Made by a program: the position numbers and the translations under genes. The notes beneath the pieces are model-generated. The model worked only from the letters and a program-made list of their open reading frames with translations, was not told the origin of the DNA and searched no databases. DNA of 62,969 nucleotides, the filler included, from Octopus bimaculoides (taxonomy: Eukaryota), in assembly GCF_001194135.2 (NCBI RefSeq). It is 7 parts of 7 records of this genome, joined end to end, with 100 filler letters (N's around TTAATTAATTAA, not from the genome) between each part and the next. Parts side by side here need not be neighbours in the genome. Positions count along the whole stretch, not along the records: positions 24,475 to 28,884 come from NC_069007.1; positions 28,985 to 40,042 come from NC_068981.1; positions 40,143 to 44,570 come from NC_069010.1; 4 more parts are not named here. One strand, written 5' to 3'. Below, piece by piece: positions 27,743 through 40,275 of the stretch (position 1 is the first letter of the stretch; each line of letters starts with the position of its first letter).

Positions 27743-28641
27743 AAACTTGTGCAATTTCAATTCCACAAAGGCGTTCTATAGAGGATTAGTGGAGGGGAGG
27801 TGCGACAATGTTCTTGGGGAAACTCTGGGTGTCGACGAGGAATACCTGACCTGCCTCTTCAGGACCTATGGACAATTTCCAGAGATCCCTGGCTTAGCAG
27901 TGCTATCGGGAAGAATTGCCCATTCAAGATAAGGTCTACAGACACAGTTCAAGAAATACCAGACTGACCTGCCCTAGATACGGTCAGAACAACGAAACCA
28001 TTCTGCACGTACTCTTGCAATGTCCAAATATTTCAGACCTGTGGGCCTTTGTCGAACAGCTGCTGTCACATGTGGGACGAGTCCGGTTGTCAGCCAAGTC
28101 TATTGTGAATATTGCCCCGCGACCTTCCTTTAATAGGGAAGGCAAGGCAGTTTTCATTGTACTGGTGGCTATGATGAAAGAACATGTGTGGTGGACACAT
28201 TTGAAAGATTTAAAGACAAACACTTTCCTCTCTGGCCAATCGCTCACCAACTTTTTCAAGTATTACTTGAAAAGGAAGGTGAGAATAGAGAGGGAAGCCT
28301 TGTCTAGTCAAAAGTTTAACAAAAGGTGGGTGAACGTGGCAATGACGGAACTATCTTGAGCATGATCTTATAAAACAAAGAGAAAGGGCGCTTTGCTAAT
28401 GTTTTTTTTCCTGGGTTACCATGGTTCTTTTCTGTAGGTTTTTCTTTCCACAGATAATCCTAGTCAGTATTATATCTACTGCCCCTTTTGGGAACTCTAA
28501 TTGTTAAAAGCAACACTTTGTTATCTCCTTGTACACACGTCCCAAAACATTTTTGGTCCCTTTTTGATCGTTTTTGATAAGAAAAATTCTACATTGTATT
28601 GTCCACTCTGTGTTTGGCCCTGCGTGGCTAAAAAAGAAATC
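27743..28641 (+). mobile_element. Tx1/L1-type LINE, 5'-truncated: ORF2 C-terminal zinc-binding region and 3' UTR
   Basis: LPIQDKVYRH...TCPRYGQNNETILHVLLQCPNISDLWAFVEQLL...KEHVWW; homologous to 46338-46702(-) and 48506-48900(-). Ends ...GGCTAAAAAAGAAATC. Confidence 0.85.
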
Positions 28642-28674
28642 TATATCTATCCTACTATCTCTCTCTATCTCTTA

Positions 28675-28750
<76 letters not shown>

Positions 28751-29012
28751 GTGTATATATATATATGTGTATATATATATGTGTGTATATATATATATGT
28801 GTATATATATGTATATATATATATATATGTGTATATATATGTGTATATATATATATATGTGTGTGTATATATATATATATATATNNNNNNNNNNNNNNNN
28901 NNNNNNNNNNNNNNNNNNNNNNNNNNNNTTAATTAATTAANNNNNNNNNNNNNNNNNNNNNNNNNNNNNNNNNNNNNNNNNNNNTATTCATTCATGTATG
29001 GATATCTATTGA

Positions 29013-29345
29013 TGGCGCATGGCCCAGTGGTTAGAGCATCAGGCTCACAATCATGAGGTAGTGAGTTCGATTCCTGGACCGGGCTGTGTGTTGTGTTCCT
29101 GAGCAAGACACTTTATTTCACGTTGTTCCAGTTCACTCAGCTGTAGAAATGAGTTGCGATGTCACTTGTACCAAGTTATATCGGCCTTTGCCTTTCATTT
29201 GGATAACATGTGTGACGTGGAGAGGAGCGGTTGGTATGCATAGGCGACTGCTGGCCTTCCACAAACAACCTTGCTCGGACTTGTGCCTCGGAGGGTAACT
29301 TTCTAGGTCAAATTCCATAGTCATTCATGACCGATGGAGGTCTTA
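29013..29345 (+). mobile_element. tRNA-derived SINE family D
   Basis: GGCGCATGGCCCAGTGGTTAGAGC (A box)...GAGTTCGATTCC (B box), then GAGCAAGACACTTTATTTCACGTTG, which is shared with 39385-39620. Confidence 0.8.
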
Positions 29346-30837
29346 AACGTGTATATATATATATACATGAGGTAGTTTTGGTGAAGCATTGTGTAGTATA
29401 ACTTTGAAGAGATTTGCGTGCATTGTTCCGGCCTTACACAACAAATCTCTTTAAATATGTATGCATGTACGTTTGTTTGTATGTATGCTCTTATCATTGG
29501 TACCGAAATGTGGTAGTCAATCCACATTCTACATCTTGGCATTTTTTTTTCCGAACCAAATTTTAACTTTTTAATTCACCTGAAGAAACGTTTTTTTTTT
29601 CTTTCCATGATGTAATCGAATTATTCATCAATAAAAAAAATTGTCTGAAACTGCGGTCGTGAACCTTTAACTCATTTGTGTTCTTATTTTATGCGTGTGT
29701 GCGCGTGTGTGTGTCTGTGTGTATACAGAGATACATAAACATATATGTTTATTAATGGATATAATATATTAAAAATTTTCCCATTAGGCATAAACATTGA
29801 ATTTTCCTTCAAATTGATTCATGATTTCATGTTTTTATCTCCCCTTTTCCCTGATAGTCGCTAACATTTATCACTAGTTTTTTTGCTTTTCTTTTTCATC
29901 TATTTCTTCTCACTAAGAGCCAGATTTCAAGATATCTCTCAGAGGTTCCCTCGTTAATTGGATGACTGTTTAAATTCGTTGATGGACCAGATCGGACGTT
30001 GACAGCCTAGTGCTTAAAGTTGAACAATAGTCCGTAATAAGTTCATTCACTGCCTGGAATAATATGATAAATAATATATTTTATTCTATTTATTTATTTA
30101 TTTTTTTTTGTCTAAGTCGGCATTCTTCTAAACAGAATTCTTCTAAAAATAACTCCAGCCTTTATTCTCTGAAAATGTTCATGACTCTACGCTACTAACA
30201 TAGAAAATGTCTGTTGTACCCAGATCGGTTTAGAAAATATATTTCATGTGAAAGAGAAGCCAGAAAATATCAGTAAAGTTAGAGATACTTGAGAGAAATT
30301 ATATCGCAGCATAAGCAATATATTTAATTTTATATATTAGAAAGATAAAACTAGTCAGATATATATATAAACACCAAGAGTAATACAAAGAGCGTAGATA
30401 CCCAAAAGACCAAGGAATATTGCTAGAATATTCCAATAAATTACATCAATAAAATGCAAATATGACATAACCAGACATCATTCTCTACGACAAAGATATA
30501 AAATCAGACGTCGATGGTCCAAGGGAAATAAACAATAAAATGATTATCAACAACAAATATAACACAAAATGTCTGTGAAGTATTGATTTTTCTGCATAAC
30601 ACAAAACCATAAATTCCTAAGAGAAGGATATAGTCAATTAAATTGAACCTACAGCTTCGTCAGTACATGCTTGTTTCATATTTTATTATCCATGGAAGCA
30701 TGAATAGTAAATTTTTCTCCGGTGAGATTTGATCTCGCAACGTAGACGTAATAATTATGGCCTTTGTCGTCTGCTTAAGGACTGTCTGAGTGTCTGCACC
30801 GGGAAAGTTCCCCTTCAAGACGCAGCTGGGAGCAAAG

Positions 30838-30891
<54 letters not shown>

Positions 30892-31489
30892 NNNNNNNNN
30901 NNNNNNNNNNNNNNNNNNNNNNNNNNNNNNNNNNNNNNNNNNACACAACATCGATGTTGTCGAAGGAAACGACAAAACGGATTACAGTGTTGTTGTACGT
31001 TCAAAGACCTGGAACAAATACTGCAAGACATCCCGACCGATGCTCTAACAATTCCCGCCTATTTGGCTACCCTTCACTGGTGCTTTATTTGTCAAACAAA
31101 AAAATTACCTTGATTGGGTATGAACTTAAAACGCAGAAAGTCAAAGCAAATACCACAAGACGTCGAGAAACCGGCGGGGGAACAACCACGCTCTAGGTGA
31201 CCGTCGCACCCCAAGGGAGTCCAGACTACTATAAAGGGGTACGAGCCAATCAGCCGAGTTTTTGCTCTCTGCCGCGCTGCCGTGCTCTCGACCGCAGTTG
31301 GCGAAAGTCGCCCGGCGCCCGGCGAAAACCGAATGACTCTCAATGTTTCACCTTAATGACAAAAATTATAATTTTAGATTTCAGCTTTACGTTCTGCATT
31401 CAAATTCCTCGACGGAATTTAAACTCAGAAGAAATGCTGCTACACATTTTGTTCGGCATGATAATGATTCTACCCGTTCGCTGCCTTTG

Positions 31490-31630
31490 TAATATAGAAC
31501 ATAATTATTTAAAATTTTGGCACAAGGGAAGGAGTAAGTCGATGGAATTTGAACTCGTGACGTAAACACGAACGAAATATCGCTAAGCATTTTGTTCAGT
31601 GTGCTAACGATTCTGCCAAATCTCCACCTG
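31490..31630 (-). mobile_element. Degraded SINE family B
   Basis: TTTTGGCACAAGG...GGAATTTGAACTC...CGCTAAGCATTT...GCTAACGATTCTGCCA. Confidence 0.65.
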
Positions 31631-31691
31631 GGAGAGAGAGAGGGAGGAGGGAGGGAGAGAATAATAGTAGTCGATGAACAATGTTACTTAT

Positions 31692-31727
<36 letters not shown>

Positions 31728-31731
31728 TTAA

Positions 31732-31936
31732 GGCGGCGAGCTGGCAGAATCGTTAGCGCGCTGGACGAAATGCTTAACAGTATTTCGCTCATCGATACGT
31801 TCTGAGTTCAAATTCCGCTGAGGTCGACTTTGCCTTTTATCCTTTCGAGGTCGATAAATTAAGTACCAGTCAAGGTCGAAGTGATCGATTATCCCCCTCC
31901 CCACAACAATCCAGGCCTTGTGCCTATAATAGAAAT
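31732..31936 (+). mobile_element. SINE family B, full length, inside (TTTA)n
   Basis: GGCGGCGAGCTGGCAGAATCGTTAGC...TTCTGAGTTCAAATTCCG (B box)...GACTTTGCCTTTTATCCTTTCGAGGTCGATAAATTAAGTACCAGT...GGCCTTGTGCCTATAATAGAAA. Confidence 0.88.
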
Positions 31937-33547
31937 AATTATTTATTTATTTATTTATCTCAGCAACTACGGGATACAGCACGTGAATATTATTGCCTTG
32001 GTTTTTATCATCGGTGAAGTGTAGTTCATCGAATTTAGCTGAAATTATAGCGAAGAATTTAAGTAAAATACAGAGAAAAATTGAATTGATTACGGAATAG
32101 GATACAGTAATTTTGTGACGTCAACTGCGTAATACACAATACGGGTATCAGAATATTTAATATTTGAGGTATTACAATGGAAATTTTGATTACAAAATGA
32201 TGTGCGACAAATAAGAATTTATTCGATGACCGATATTGTTTGTTATTTTTCCCCAGCAAGTACAAAAATACAAGTGATGACTGGATATGTTTCATGCTAT
32301 TAGTCAAGGATACAACGATTCATTGTAACCTATAACTGAAGCAGCGTTGACCATGGACAAAATACTAAAGTTTCACATACTCAATTTAGTTACCAGTTAA
32401 TTATTGCATCAGTTGTTGTTGTTGCTGACGTTGTTGTTGTTGTTGTTGTTGTTGTTATTGTTGTTGTTGTTGTTTTTCTGCAATACAAGTTTGATACAGT
32501 TAAACCGCAATTATCCGAACGAGATGGGCAGGGAGTATTTTGTTCGGATAATTGATCTGGTCATAAACAAAGGAAGCCATATCGAACATAATTACGTAAA
32601 AAGAATCATGTTTGCAGAGTTTTTATCTCATCAAACCAGGCTGTCAATAGCTTGATGCAGTCCCAAGAATCAGCAATCATGAACAACACGTCCTTGACTG
32701 TGAGAGACTAAATAATGGCTGAAAGAAAATGTAGAAAACAAAAAAATTTTTAATAAATGAAAAAATGAATTTTTCTTTATTTTCTCTTATCGCATATTTT
32801 ATTTTACTTCTCTTTTTTCTGTTTTAGTTTTTATAAGTTAGCCAAAAGAGAATGGATGCTAGCCATGACTTTACAACACCACGTAAGCTGGTGAGACTCA
32901 CGTACCTGATGACCAGCCTTAGCATCTGCAGGAGAACGCGGGCAGAGAGTAAACTGGTTAGCTTTGTATATTAAATATACTTTTATCCACTCGTCCATGA
33001 CTGGAACGATATTACTTATCTCGACCCCAGTTCAAACACCAGAGAAAAAAAACAAAAAACAAATGGCTACATGTTCCATAAATATACAAAAAAGTCATTC
33101 ACTACAGGAATCTAAAACTTTCCTGTCTCAAAGTTTATCGGGTTTGTACAGGATCTTCATCATTGATGCGTATTGATTCGGCCTAGGAACATCCTAGGCC
33201 GAATCAACGTTCTGTCTGGTACTAAATGCTTATCCTCGTCAGCTGAATCCCGAAGGCTTCATGTTTCTCCACGAAAGGCAAATATACACGCCAGTCTAGT
33301 AGGCCGCATAGATCAGAAGTTAACACTCGACCGTCTGCAAATTATCAAATAACGCCAACTTTTGTGGGGTGGCGGATTTTATTTAAGCAATGGATAATAT
33401 AAACTTCAATAGAGTATCGGAATATACAACGGATGACAATCACAGCTGACACACTTCTGATCACATATTCTCTTAGCTCATTTTTGCTTAAATTGTGCAT
33501 GTAACCTATGCCATAAATATGTTCTACTCTTTTTGTATGAGTCTTAT

Positions 33548-33717
33548 TTCTTTATTGCCTACAAGGGGCTAAACATAGAGGGGACAAACAAGGACAGACA
33601 AAGAGATTAAGTCGATTACATCGACACCAGTGCGTAACTGGTACTTAATTTATCGACCCTGAAAGGATGAAAGGAAAAGTCGACCTAGGCGGAATTTGAA
33701 CTCAGAACGTAAAGACT
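33548..33717 (-). mobile_element. SINE family B variant, 5'-truncated
   Basis: CTGGTACTTAATTTATCGACCCTGAAAGGATGAAAGGAAAAGTCGACCTAGGCGGAATTTGAACTCAGAACG with an alternative tail (ACAAGGGGCTAAACATAGAGGG, also at 9290-9310). Confidence 0.8.
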
Positions 33718-34205
33718 TTTTGTATAAGTCTCAGTCTCTTGACTACTGGAGATAAGACTGGACAATGGTCGTGCTATTGATGTTTTTTTATCCAGAAACA
33801 CATATCCACAACTGTTTTCTCTGAACAATAAGATCCCTCTTTTCCTTAATGCCAAGTCAATTTTAGAGAAATTCTTGAGTCTTGAGATTATCTCCCCTTT
33901 TCATATAGAGCTGGTTTTAATTGCCATTTGATAATTATGATATCATCAAGAGTTGGAGACAATTTTAAATAAATCAATAATTTGTAATATATGGTGTGTG
34001 TGATATATCTTACATTTGTCTATGTACATGCATGTGTGTAAGCGTGTGCGTGTGTAGTTGTGTGTGTGTGTGTGTAGCTGTGTGTGTGCGTGCGTGTATG
34101 TGTGTGTGTCTTTCATCGATACAAATTGACGTCGGATTTAATAATACACATATGTGCCAATACACACACATGCATACACAAACACATCTACACACGCGCA
34201 TGCAC

Positions 34206-34239
<34 letters not shown>

Positions 34240-34249
34240 NNNNNNNNNN

Positions 34250-34290
<41 letters not shown>

Positions 34291-34811
34291 ACTGACTTCT
34301 GTACATTTGCTTCAGCTAATATCCATTCACAAAACATTGACAAAGTTAAGGCAATAGTAGAAGATACAGACCAAAACACTCCATAGCAAAGTAGAACTCA
34401 GAACCATACGCAAGGCAAGACAACCATATGCGCATGCCCGCGACTTACGATATTCAGTTACGTTTCCCTACATACCGGGTTCAAATTCTATTAGTATTAA
34501 CTTCGAATTTCGTCTCTCCTGGTTCCATAAAATAAACACCAATCAAACGGAGAACACGACTGTACTAGCCCCCTGCAAATGTCCGGCCATGTGTTATAAA
34601 TCATTATAAGCAAAGGCTGCAGTTGTTTACTCCGATGTCAGCCACGATCAATCCGACTTATGATGAAAGGGGATCCAGATGTGACCATCCTTTCTTGTCT
34701 GTCCGCTTACCATTTCTTTTCGTTTTTTGAATTTCGCTTTTTTGATGTTCCAGCGGTGACCTTCTTTGTTTGTTATGTTTCTTTTGCGTGTTTTTTTTGT
34801 TTTTTTTTACA

Positions 34812-34958
34812 AGCATGATTGTGTGGCTAAGAAGCTCATTTTGTAACCATTTATATTTGGTTCCAGTCTCACTGCGCAGAAACTTAAGTGTTTTTTTACT
34901 ATAGCATCGGGCCGACCACTTGTGAGTGAATTTGGTAACCGAAAATTGTGTTAGCCCG

Positions 34959-34960
<2 letters not shown>
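34812..34960 (+). mobile_element. SINE family A 5' half followed by (GT)n
   Basis: GTGTGGCTAAGAAGCT...CAGTCTCACTGCG...ACTATAGCATCGGGCCGACC...TGTGAGTGAATTTGG. Confidence 0.65.
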
Positions 34961-35005
<45 letters not shown>

Positions 35006-35526
35006 NNNNNNNNNNNNNNNNNNNNNNNNNNNNNNNNNNNNNNNNNNNNNNNNNNNNNNNNNNNNNNNNNNNNNNNNNNNNNNNNNNNNNNNNNNNNNNN
35101 NNNNNNNNNNNNNNNNNNNNNNNNNNNNNNNNNNNNNNNNNNNNNNNNNNNNNNNNNNNNNNNNNNNNNNNNNNNNNNNNNNNNNNNNNNNNNNNNNNNN
35201 NNNNNNNNNNNNNNNNNNNNNNNNNNNNNNNNNNNNNNNNNNNNNNNNNNNNNNNNNNNNNNNNNNNNNNNNNNNNNNNNNNNNNNNNNNNNNNNNNNNN
35301 NNNNNNNNNNNNNNNNNNNNNNNNNNNNNNNNNNNNNNNNNNNNNNNNNNNNNNNNNNNNNNNNNNNNNNNNNNNNNNNNNNNNNNNNNNNNNNNNNNNN
35401 NNNNNNNNNNNNNNNNNNNNNNNNNNNNNNNNNNNNNNNNNNNNNNNNNNNNNNNNNNNNNNNNNNNNNNNNNNNNNNNNNNNNNNNNNNNNNNNNNNNN
35501 NNNNNNNNNNNNNNNNNNNNNNNNNN

Positions 35527-35960
35527 TTGTGCCTAGAGTAAAAATAAGAATCGTTAGCACGCTGGACGAAATGCTTTGCGGTATTTCGTTTGTCTTTACG
35601 TTCTGAGTTCAAATTCCGCCGCGGACGACTTTGCCTTTTATCCTTTCGGGGTCAATAAATTAAGTACCAGTTGCGTATTGAGGTCGATCTAATTGACTGG
35701 CCCCCTCCCCCAAAATTTCGGGCCTTGTGCCTAGAGTAAAAATAAGAATCGTTAGCACGCTGGACGAAATGCTTTGCGGTATTTCGCCCGTCGCTACGTT
35801 CTGAGTTCAAATTCCGCCGAGGTCGACTTTGCCTTTCAGAGTCCGATAAAATAAGTACCAGTTGAACACTGGGGTCATGTAATCGACTCATTACCACCTC
35901 CCTCAAGCTGCACTTATGGCAAAAATTTGAAATAATTATTTCTAACATAGGCACAAGGCC
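35527..35960 (+). mobile_element. Head-to-tail tandem SINE family B units (198-bp period)
   Basis: An identical junction block TTGTGCCTAGAGTAAAAATAAGAATCGTTAGCACGCTGGACGAAATGCTTTGCGGTATTTCG occurs at 35527 and 35725. Confidence 0.85.
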
Positions 35961-36590
35961 TGAAATTTTGCGTAAAGTTTGATTAAACCAGACCCAGGAA
36001 TAAAATACTTTATTTTAAGAAGCGTAAAAGACAAAGTTGATTTCGGCAGGATCTGAACTCAGACCATAAAGTGTTGGAACGGCAAAGTCGACCTCTCTGG
36101 AATTTAAACTCAGAACGTAAAGTTGGACGAAATAGGCGCCATGCATTTTACCCAGCAGTCAACGGTTCTTCTAGCTCGCCACCTTGCTTACTGGTTTAGA
36201 CAGAAGGCCAGTAGATGCCCTTGATCATGACAGTTAAATGATACTTATTTTATCAACCTCAAAGGAATGGAAAGCATAGTTGATCTCAGCGGGATTTGAA
36301 CTTAGATTGTAAAGAGCCGGAAAAAATACGATTCTATTACGACGCCACCTTAGTTTAGCCACAAATAATTGTTTCAAATTTTGGCACAAGGCCTGCAAAT
36401 TTTAAGGAGACGAGGTTAGGCGATTGCATCGACCCCAGTTGTTGACTGTTAGCATTATTTTATCGCCTCCGGAGGGATGAAAGGCAAAGTTGACCTCGGC
36501 TAGAATTGAACTCAGTATGCAAAGGGCTGTAACGCACTGTCGCAAAGCATTTTACCAATGTTCTAACGATCCTGTCAGCTCGCCGCCTTT
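35940..36590 (-). mobile_element. Cluster of three to four degraded SINE family B copies
   Basis: Repeated CACAAGGCCTG, GGAATTTAAACTCAGAACG, AAAGGCAAAGTTGACCTCGGC and CAGCTCGCCGCC motifs. Confidence 0.7.
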
Positions 36591-37769
36591 ATGACTACAG
36601 ATAACAATAGCAAAATAACAACACACACACACACACACGCACACACACACACACGCATGCACACACATACATACATGCATGCATACATACATACATACAT
36701 ACATACATGCATAGAGTTAGAACTGTTTGAGTAGGGCATTGTTTTTATCTCTCTCTCCTCCTCTTTCTCCTCTCTTTCTCTCTCACAGATACATACATAC
36801 ACACACACATTATATGTGTGTGTGTGTGTGTGCGTGTGCGTGTGTGTGCGCGTGCGTGTGTGTATGTGTGTGCATATTTATATATATGTATATATATANN
36901 NNNNNNNNNNNNNNNNNNNNNNNNNNNNNNNNNNNNNNNNNNNNNNNNNNNNNNNNNNNNNNNNNNNNNNNNNNNNNNNNNNNNNNNNNNNNNNNNNNNN
37001 NNNNNNNCGATTCAATCGAAACCCCTTTCTTCTTCGTAAACAGGCCCCAACGCTTTTTAACGCTTTTTTAGTATTAAACAACGTTGTTTGTTTAAAGAGA
37101 GAAGAAAAAAATCGCGACGTTCATGTTTTCACTAGATACACATTATAAGAATGATTTTGGTTATTATTACCAATCGATTTTTAGATTGCTTTGATAATTA
37201 ATTCAAAGCTTCTCTGGCTGAAAAAAAAAAATTAATGATTATTTCCTCTACGAAGCAAACACGCTTCTGTAAAAGATAAACTCTTAAGCGAAACGATGAT
37301 TTGACTTTTGGAATTTTGATTCAAGTCTGCAGTTATTTCACTAGATAAGGTTGCGTTAACATATTTAATGTATGGATCATAAGAAATAGCGCTGAGTGTG
37401 GGAGAAGAAACTAGATTAGTCAACTATTAATATTATTTTTCATTATTTTTTTTTTCAATCAATACAGCAAAACACTGAACATGTTTCGATCCTATGATGA
37501 CCTCTACAGCGAAGCAGCTAGCCGGCTTGTGAAAGTGAGTTAAAAGAATGAAACACGTGAATGTCTAGGATTTTTACATTGATTGATTTGGGGGAAAATA
37601 TGATATTTACTGCTGGTAAATACTGCCGATTTTAATGAACATGTGACATTGCATAGAAAAGTCCTATTTTTGGTCATTGAAAGAATGCAAAAGCCTCATT
37701 TTTGTAGTGGCCTCAAATGAATCAATTTTTTAATATTAATAAAAGAAAAACCTGAGATCTTTCAGCTTA

Positions 37770-38220
37770 TGTCTTTCATTTGTTTCAGTCGTTGTACTGC
37801 GGACCACGCTGAGACACCAGCTTGAAGGGTTTAGCCGGAAAAGTCTGGTCCTTATCCTATTGGTCTATTATGCCGAACTGCTAAGTGACGAGGATATAAA
37901 CAAACCAACACCGGTTGCAAATGGTGATGAGGAAGAAACAAACACAAGCACACACACATAGGCATACACGCATACCTACATATATACATACATACATGCG
38001 ACGAGCTTCCTCACAGTTTCCGTCTAACAAATACAGACATGGCATTGGTTGGCTCGGATTTATGATAGAAGATATTTACTGTAGGTGTCACACGGTGGAC
38101 TAAGCCCGACATCACCCTAAATCGCATATACGACAGGCTTCTTTCAATTTCCGTCTACCAAAGACCGAAGCTATAGCACACAGCCGCTCTTGTGCCTTTT
38201 ACCACACAGTCACGCCTGTT
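37770..38220 (-). mobile_element. Degraded SINE family A with a partial internal duplication
   Basis: TTTGTTTCAGTC...GCCGAACTGCTAAGT...CAGTTTCCGTCTA (present twice)...TTACCACACAGTCACGCCTG. Confidence 0.6.
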
Positions 38221-38226
38221 CCTGGC

Positions 38227-38402
38227 TTAACCCTTTAGCATTCAGATTACTCAGTCAAACGTAATACTTATTTATTCATATTGGTTTCGATTAATCATGC
38301 ATTATCTCATAGCTTCAAAAATTTTGATTATGTGATTCTTTCTTTTTTAGAAATGACATTGTACTGTAGGTGTATTAGAGTCCGTAACTGGCTGGTTTGA
38401 AC
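38227..38402. mobile_element. TTAA-CCC-type (piggyBac-like) MITE end, interrupted by SINE C
   Basis: Begins TTAA CCCTTTAGCATTCAGATTACTC; only one end is visible. Confidence 0.35.
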
Positions 38403-38750
38403 ATTGTTGTTGGCACTCCATCGCTTACGACGTCGAGGGGTTTCAGTTGATCCGATCAACGGAATAGCCTGCTTGTGAAATTAACGTGCAAGTGGCTGAG
38501 CACTCCACACACACGTGTACCCTTAACGTAGTTCTCGGGGATATACAGCTTGACACTGCGTGACAAGGCTGGCCCTTTGAATTACAGACACAACAGAAAC
38601 AGGAAGAAAGAGCGAGAGAAAGTTGTGGTGAAAGAGTACAGCAGGGTTTGCCACCATTCCCTGCCGGATCCTCGTGGAGCTTTAGGTGTTTTCGCTCAAT
38701 AAGCACTCACAACGCCCGGTCTGGGAATCGAAACCGTGATCCTATGACCG
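38403..38750 (-). mobile_element. tRNA-derived SINE family C (head replaced by a fold-back duplication)
   Basis: On the minus strand GGTCATAGGATCACGGTTTCGATTCCCAGACCGGGCG (B-box/T-arm-like), then a long body ending ...GGAGTGCCAACAACAATG. Confidence 0.7.
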
Positions 38751-39384
38751 GGCGTTGTGAGTGCTTATTGAGCGAAAACACCTAAAGCTCCACGAGGATC
38801 CGGCAGGGAATGGTGGCAAACCCTGCTGTACTCTTTCACCACAACTTTCTCTCNNNNNNNNNNNNNNNNNNNNNNNNNNNNNNNNNNNNNNNNNNNNNNN
38901 NNNNNNNNNNNNNNNNNNNNNNNNNNNNNNNNNNNNNNNNNNNNNNNNNNNNNNNNNNNNNNNNNNNNNNNNNNNNNNNNNNNNNNNNNNNNNNNNNNNN
39001 NNNNNNNNNNNNNNNNNNNNNNNNNNNNNNNNNNNNNNNNNNNNNNNNNNNNNNNNNNNNNNNNNNNNNNNNNNNNNNNNNNNNNNNNNNNNNNNNNNNN
39101 NNNNNNNNNNNNNNNNNNNNNNNNNNNNNNNNNNNNNNNNNNNNNNNNNNNNNNNNNNNNNNNNNNNNNNNNNNNNNNNNNNNNNNNNNNNNNNNNNNNN
39201 NNNNNNNNNNNNNNNNNNNNNNNNNNNNNNNNNNNNNNNNNNNNNNNNNNNNNNNNNNNNNNNNNNNNNNNNNNNNNNNNNNNNNNNNNNNNNNNATATT
39301 TCGTATGATCATTGTTTCATTATTTTTTTTTTTTTCTAAATTTATAAAAATGAAATTATTTACTTCCCGACCTCCCTTTAAAAG

Positions 39385-39620
39385 GTGGTTATGCGAGGTC
39401 TTGTAGTTAAAGTGATTGTCGCAAGATCCCGGTTTCGATTCCAGGACCGGATGCTGCAAAACACTTTATTTGACGTTGCTCCAGCCCACTTAGACGTAAG
39501 TGAGCAACCCTGAGACAGACGGGCGTCCCGTTCAGGCGTGAATGTTGTGATTCTGGTCACTATACGCCATAGAAACAGGACAACCAACCATAAGAGTCCT
39601 AGGACTCGAAATAGTACTTA
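39385..39620 (+). mobile_element. Degraded SINE related to family D
   Basis: CCCGGTTTCGATTCCAGGACCGG (B box)...AAACACTTTATTTGACGTTGCTCCAG...GGCGTCCCGTTCAGG. Confidence 0.6.
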
Positions 39621-40275
39621 CTACCTTTGCCAATTCCTGGTTTACGATGAAATAACTCCGAAACACCATCCCCATAAGAAAAACACAATAATTAATGTTC
39701 ACAATATATCTCTGTTTTATACTTTCTCTCCTATGTTTTCCCTCTCTCCTCTATCACATTTCTTCATCCTGTTTTCCTTTCTCATGTCATTTCTCACACC
39801 ATATTATTCTCTCATTCTCTTATTCTCTCATTCGCTCCTGTTTCTCTCTAGCTATATTATTTTCTTATATATGTATAAATGATTTTATTTTTATTTCCAT
39901 TTCTTGTTTCCTTTTGCTCTCTCGATGTCTTATAATCACTTCAAATATGTTTTCTCTTTCTTTCGTTTTCTTATCTCCTCGCTCTTTCTACTTTTTCTAT
40001 CCCCCTCTCTCTCTCTCTATCTCTCTCTCTCTCTCTCTCTCTNNNNNNNNNNNNNNNNNNNNNNNNNNNNNNNNNNNNNNNNNNNNTTAATTAATTAANN
40101 NNNNNNNNNNNNNNNNNNNNNNNNNNNNNNNNNNNNNNNNNNGTGTTGGGATGGGAGATATGTGTACATGTGTGTATATGCAGATTCTATGAATGAAGTT
40201 TTACTTTCCCCACGCCTGTTGGAGTAATTTCCCTTTATTCAAGGGTTTTTTTTTCCATAGCGTTTTTATTTGTCT

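Noticed and set aside
30440-30530. PDIILYDK motif suggesting a third RLE-LINE remnant
   Set aside because: Only a very short match with surrounding stops; insufficient.
35527-36590. CRISPR-like repeat array
   Set aside because: The units are SINE copies with no unique spacers or cas genes, in a eukaryotic context.
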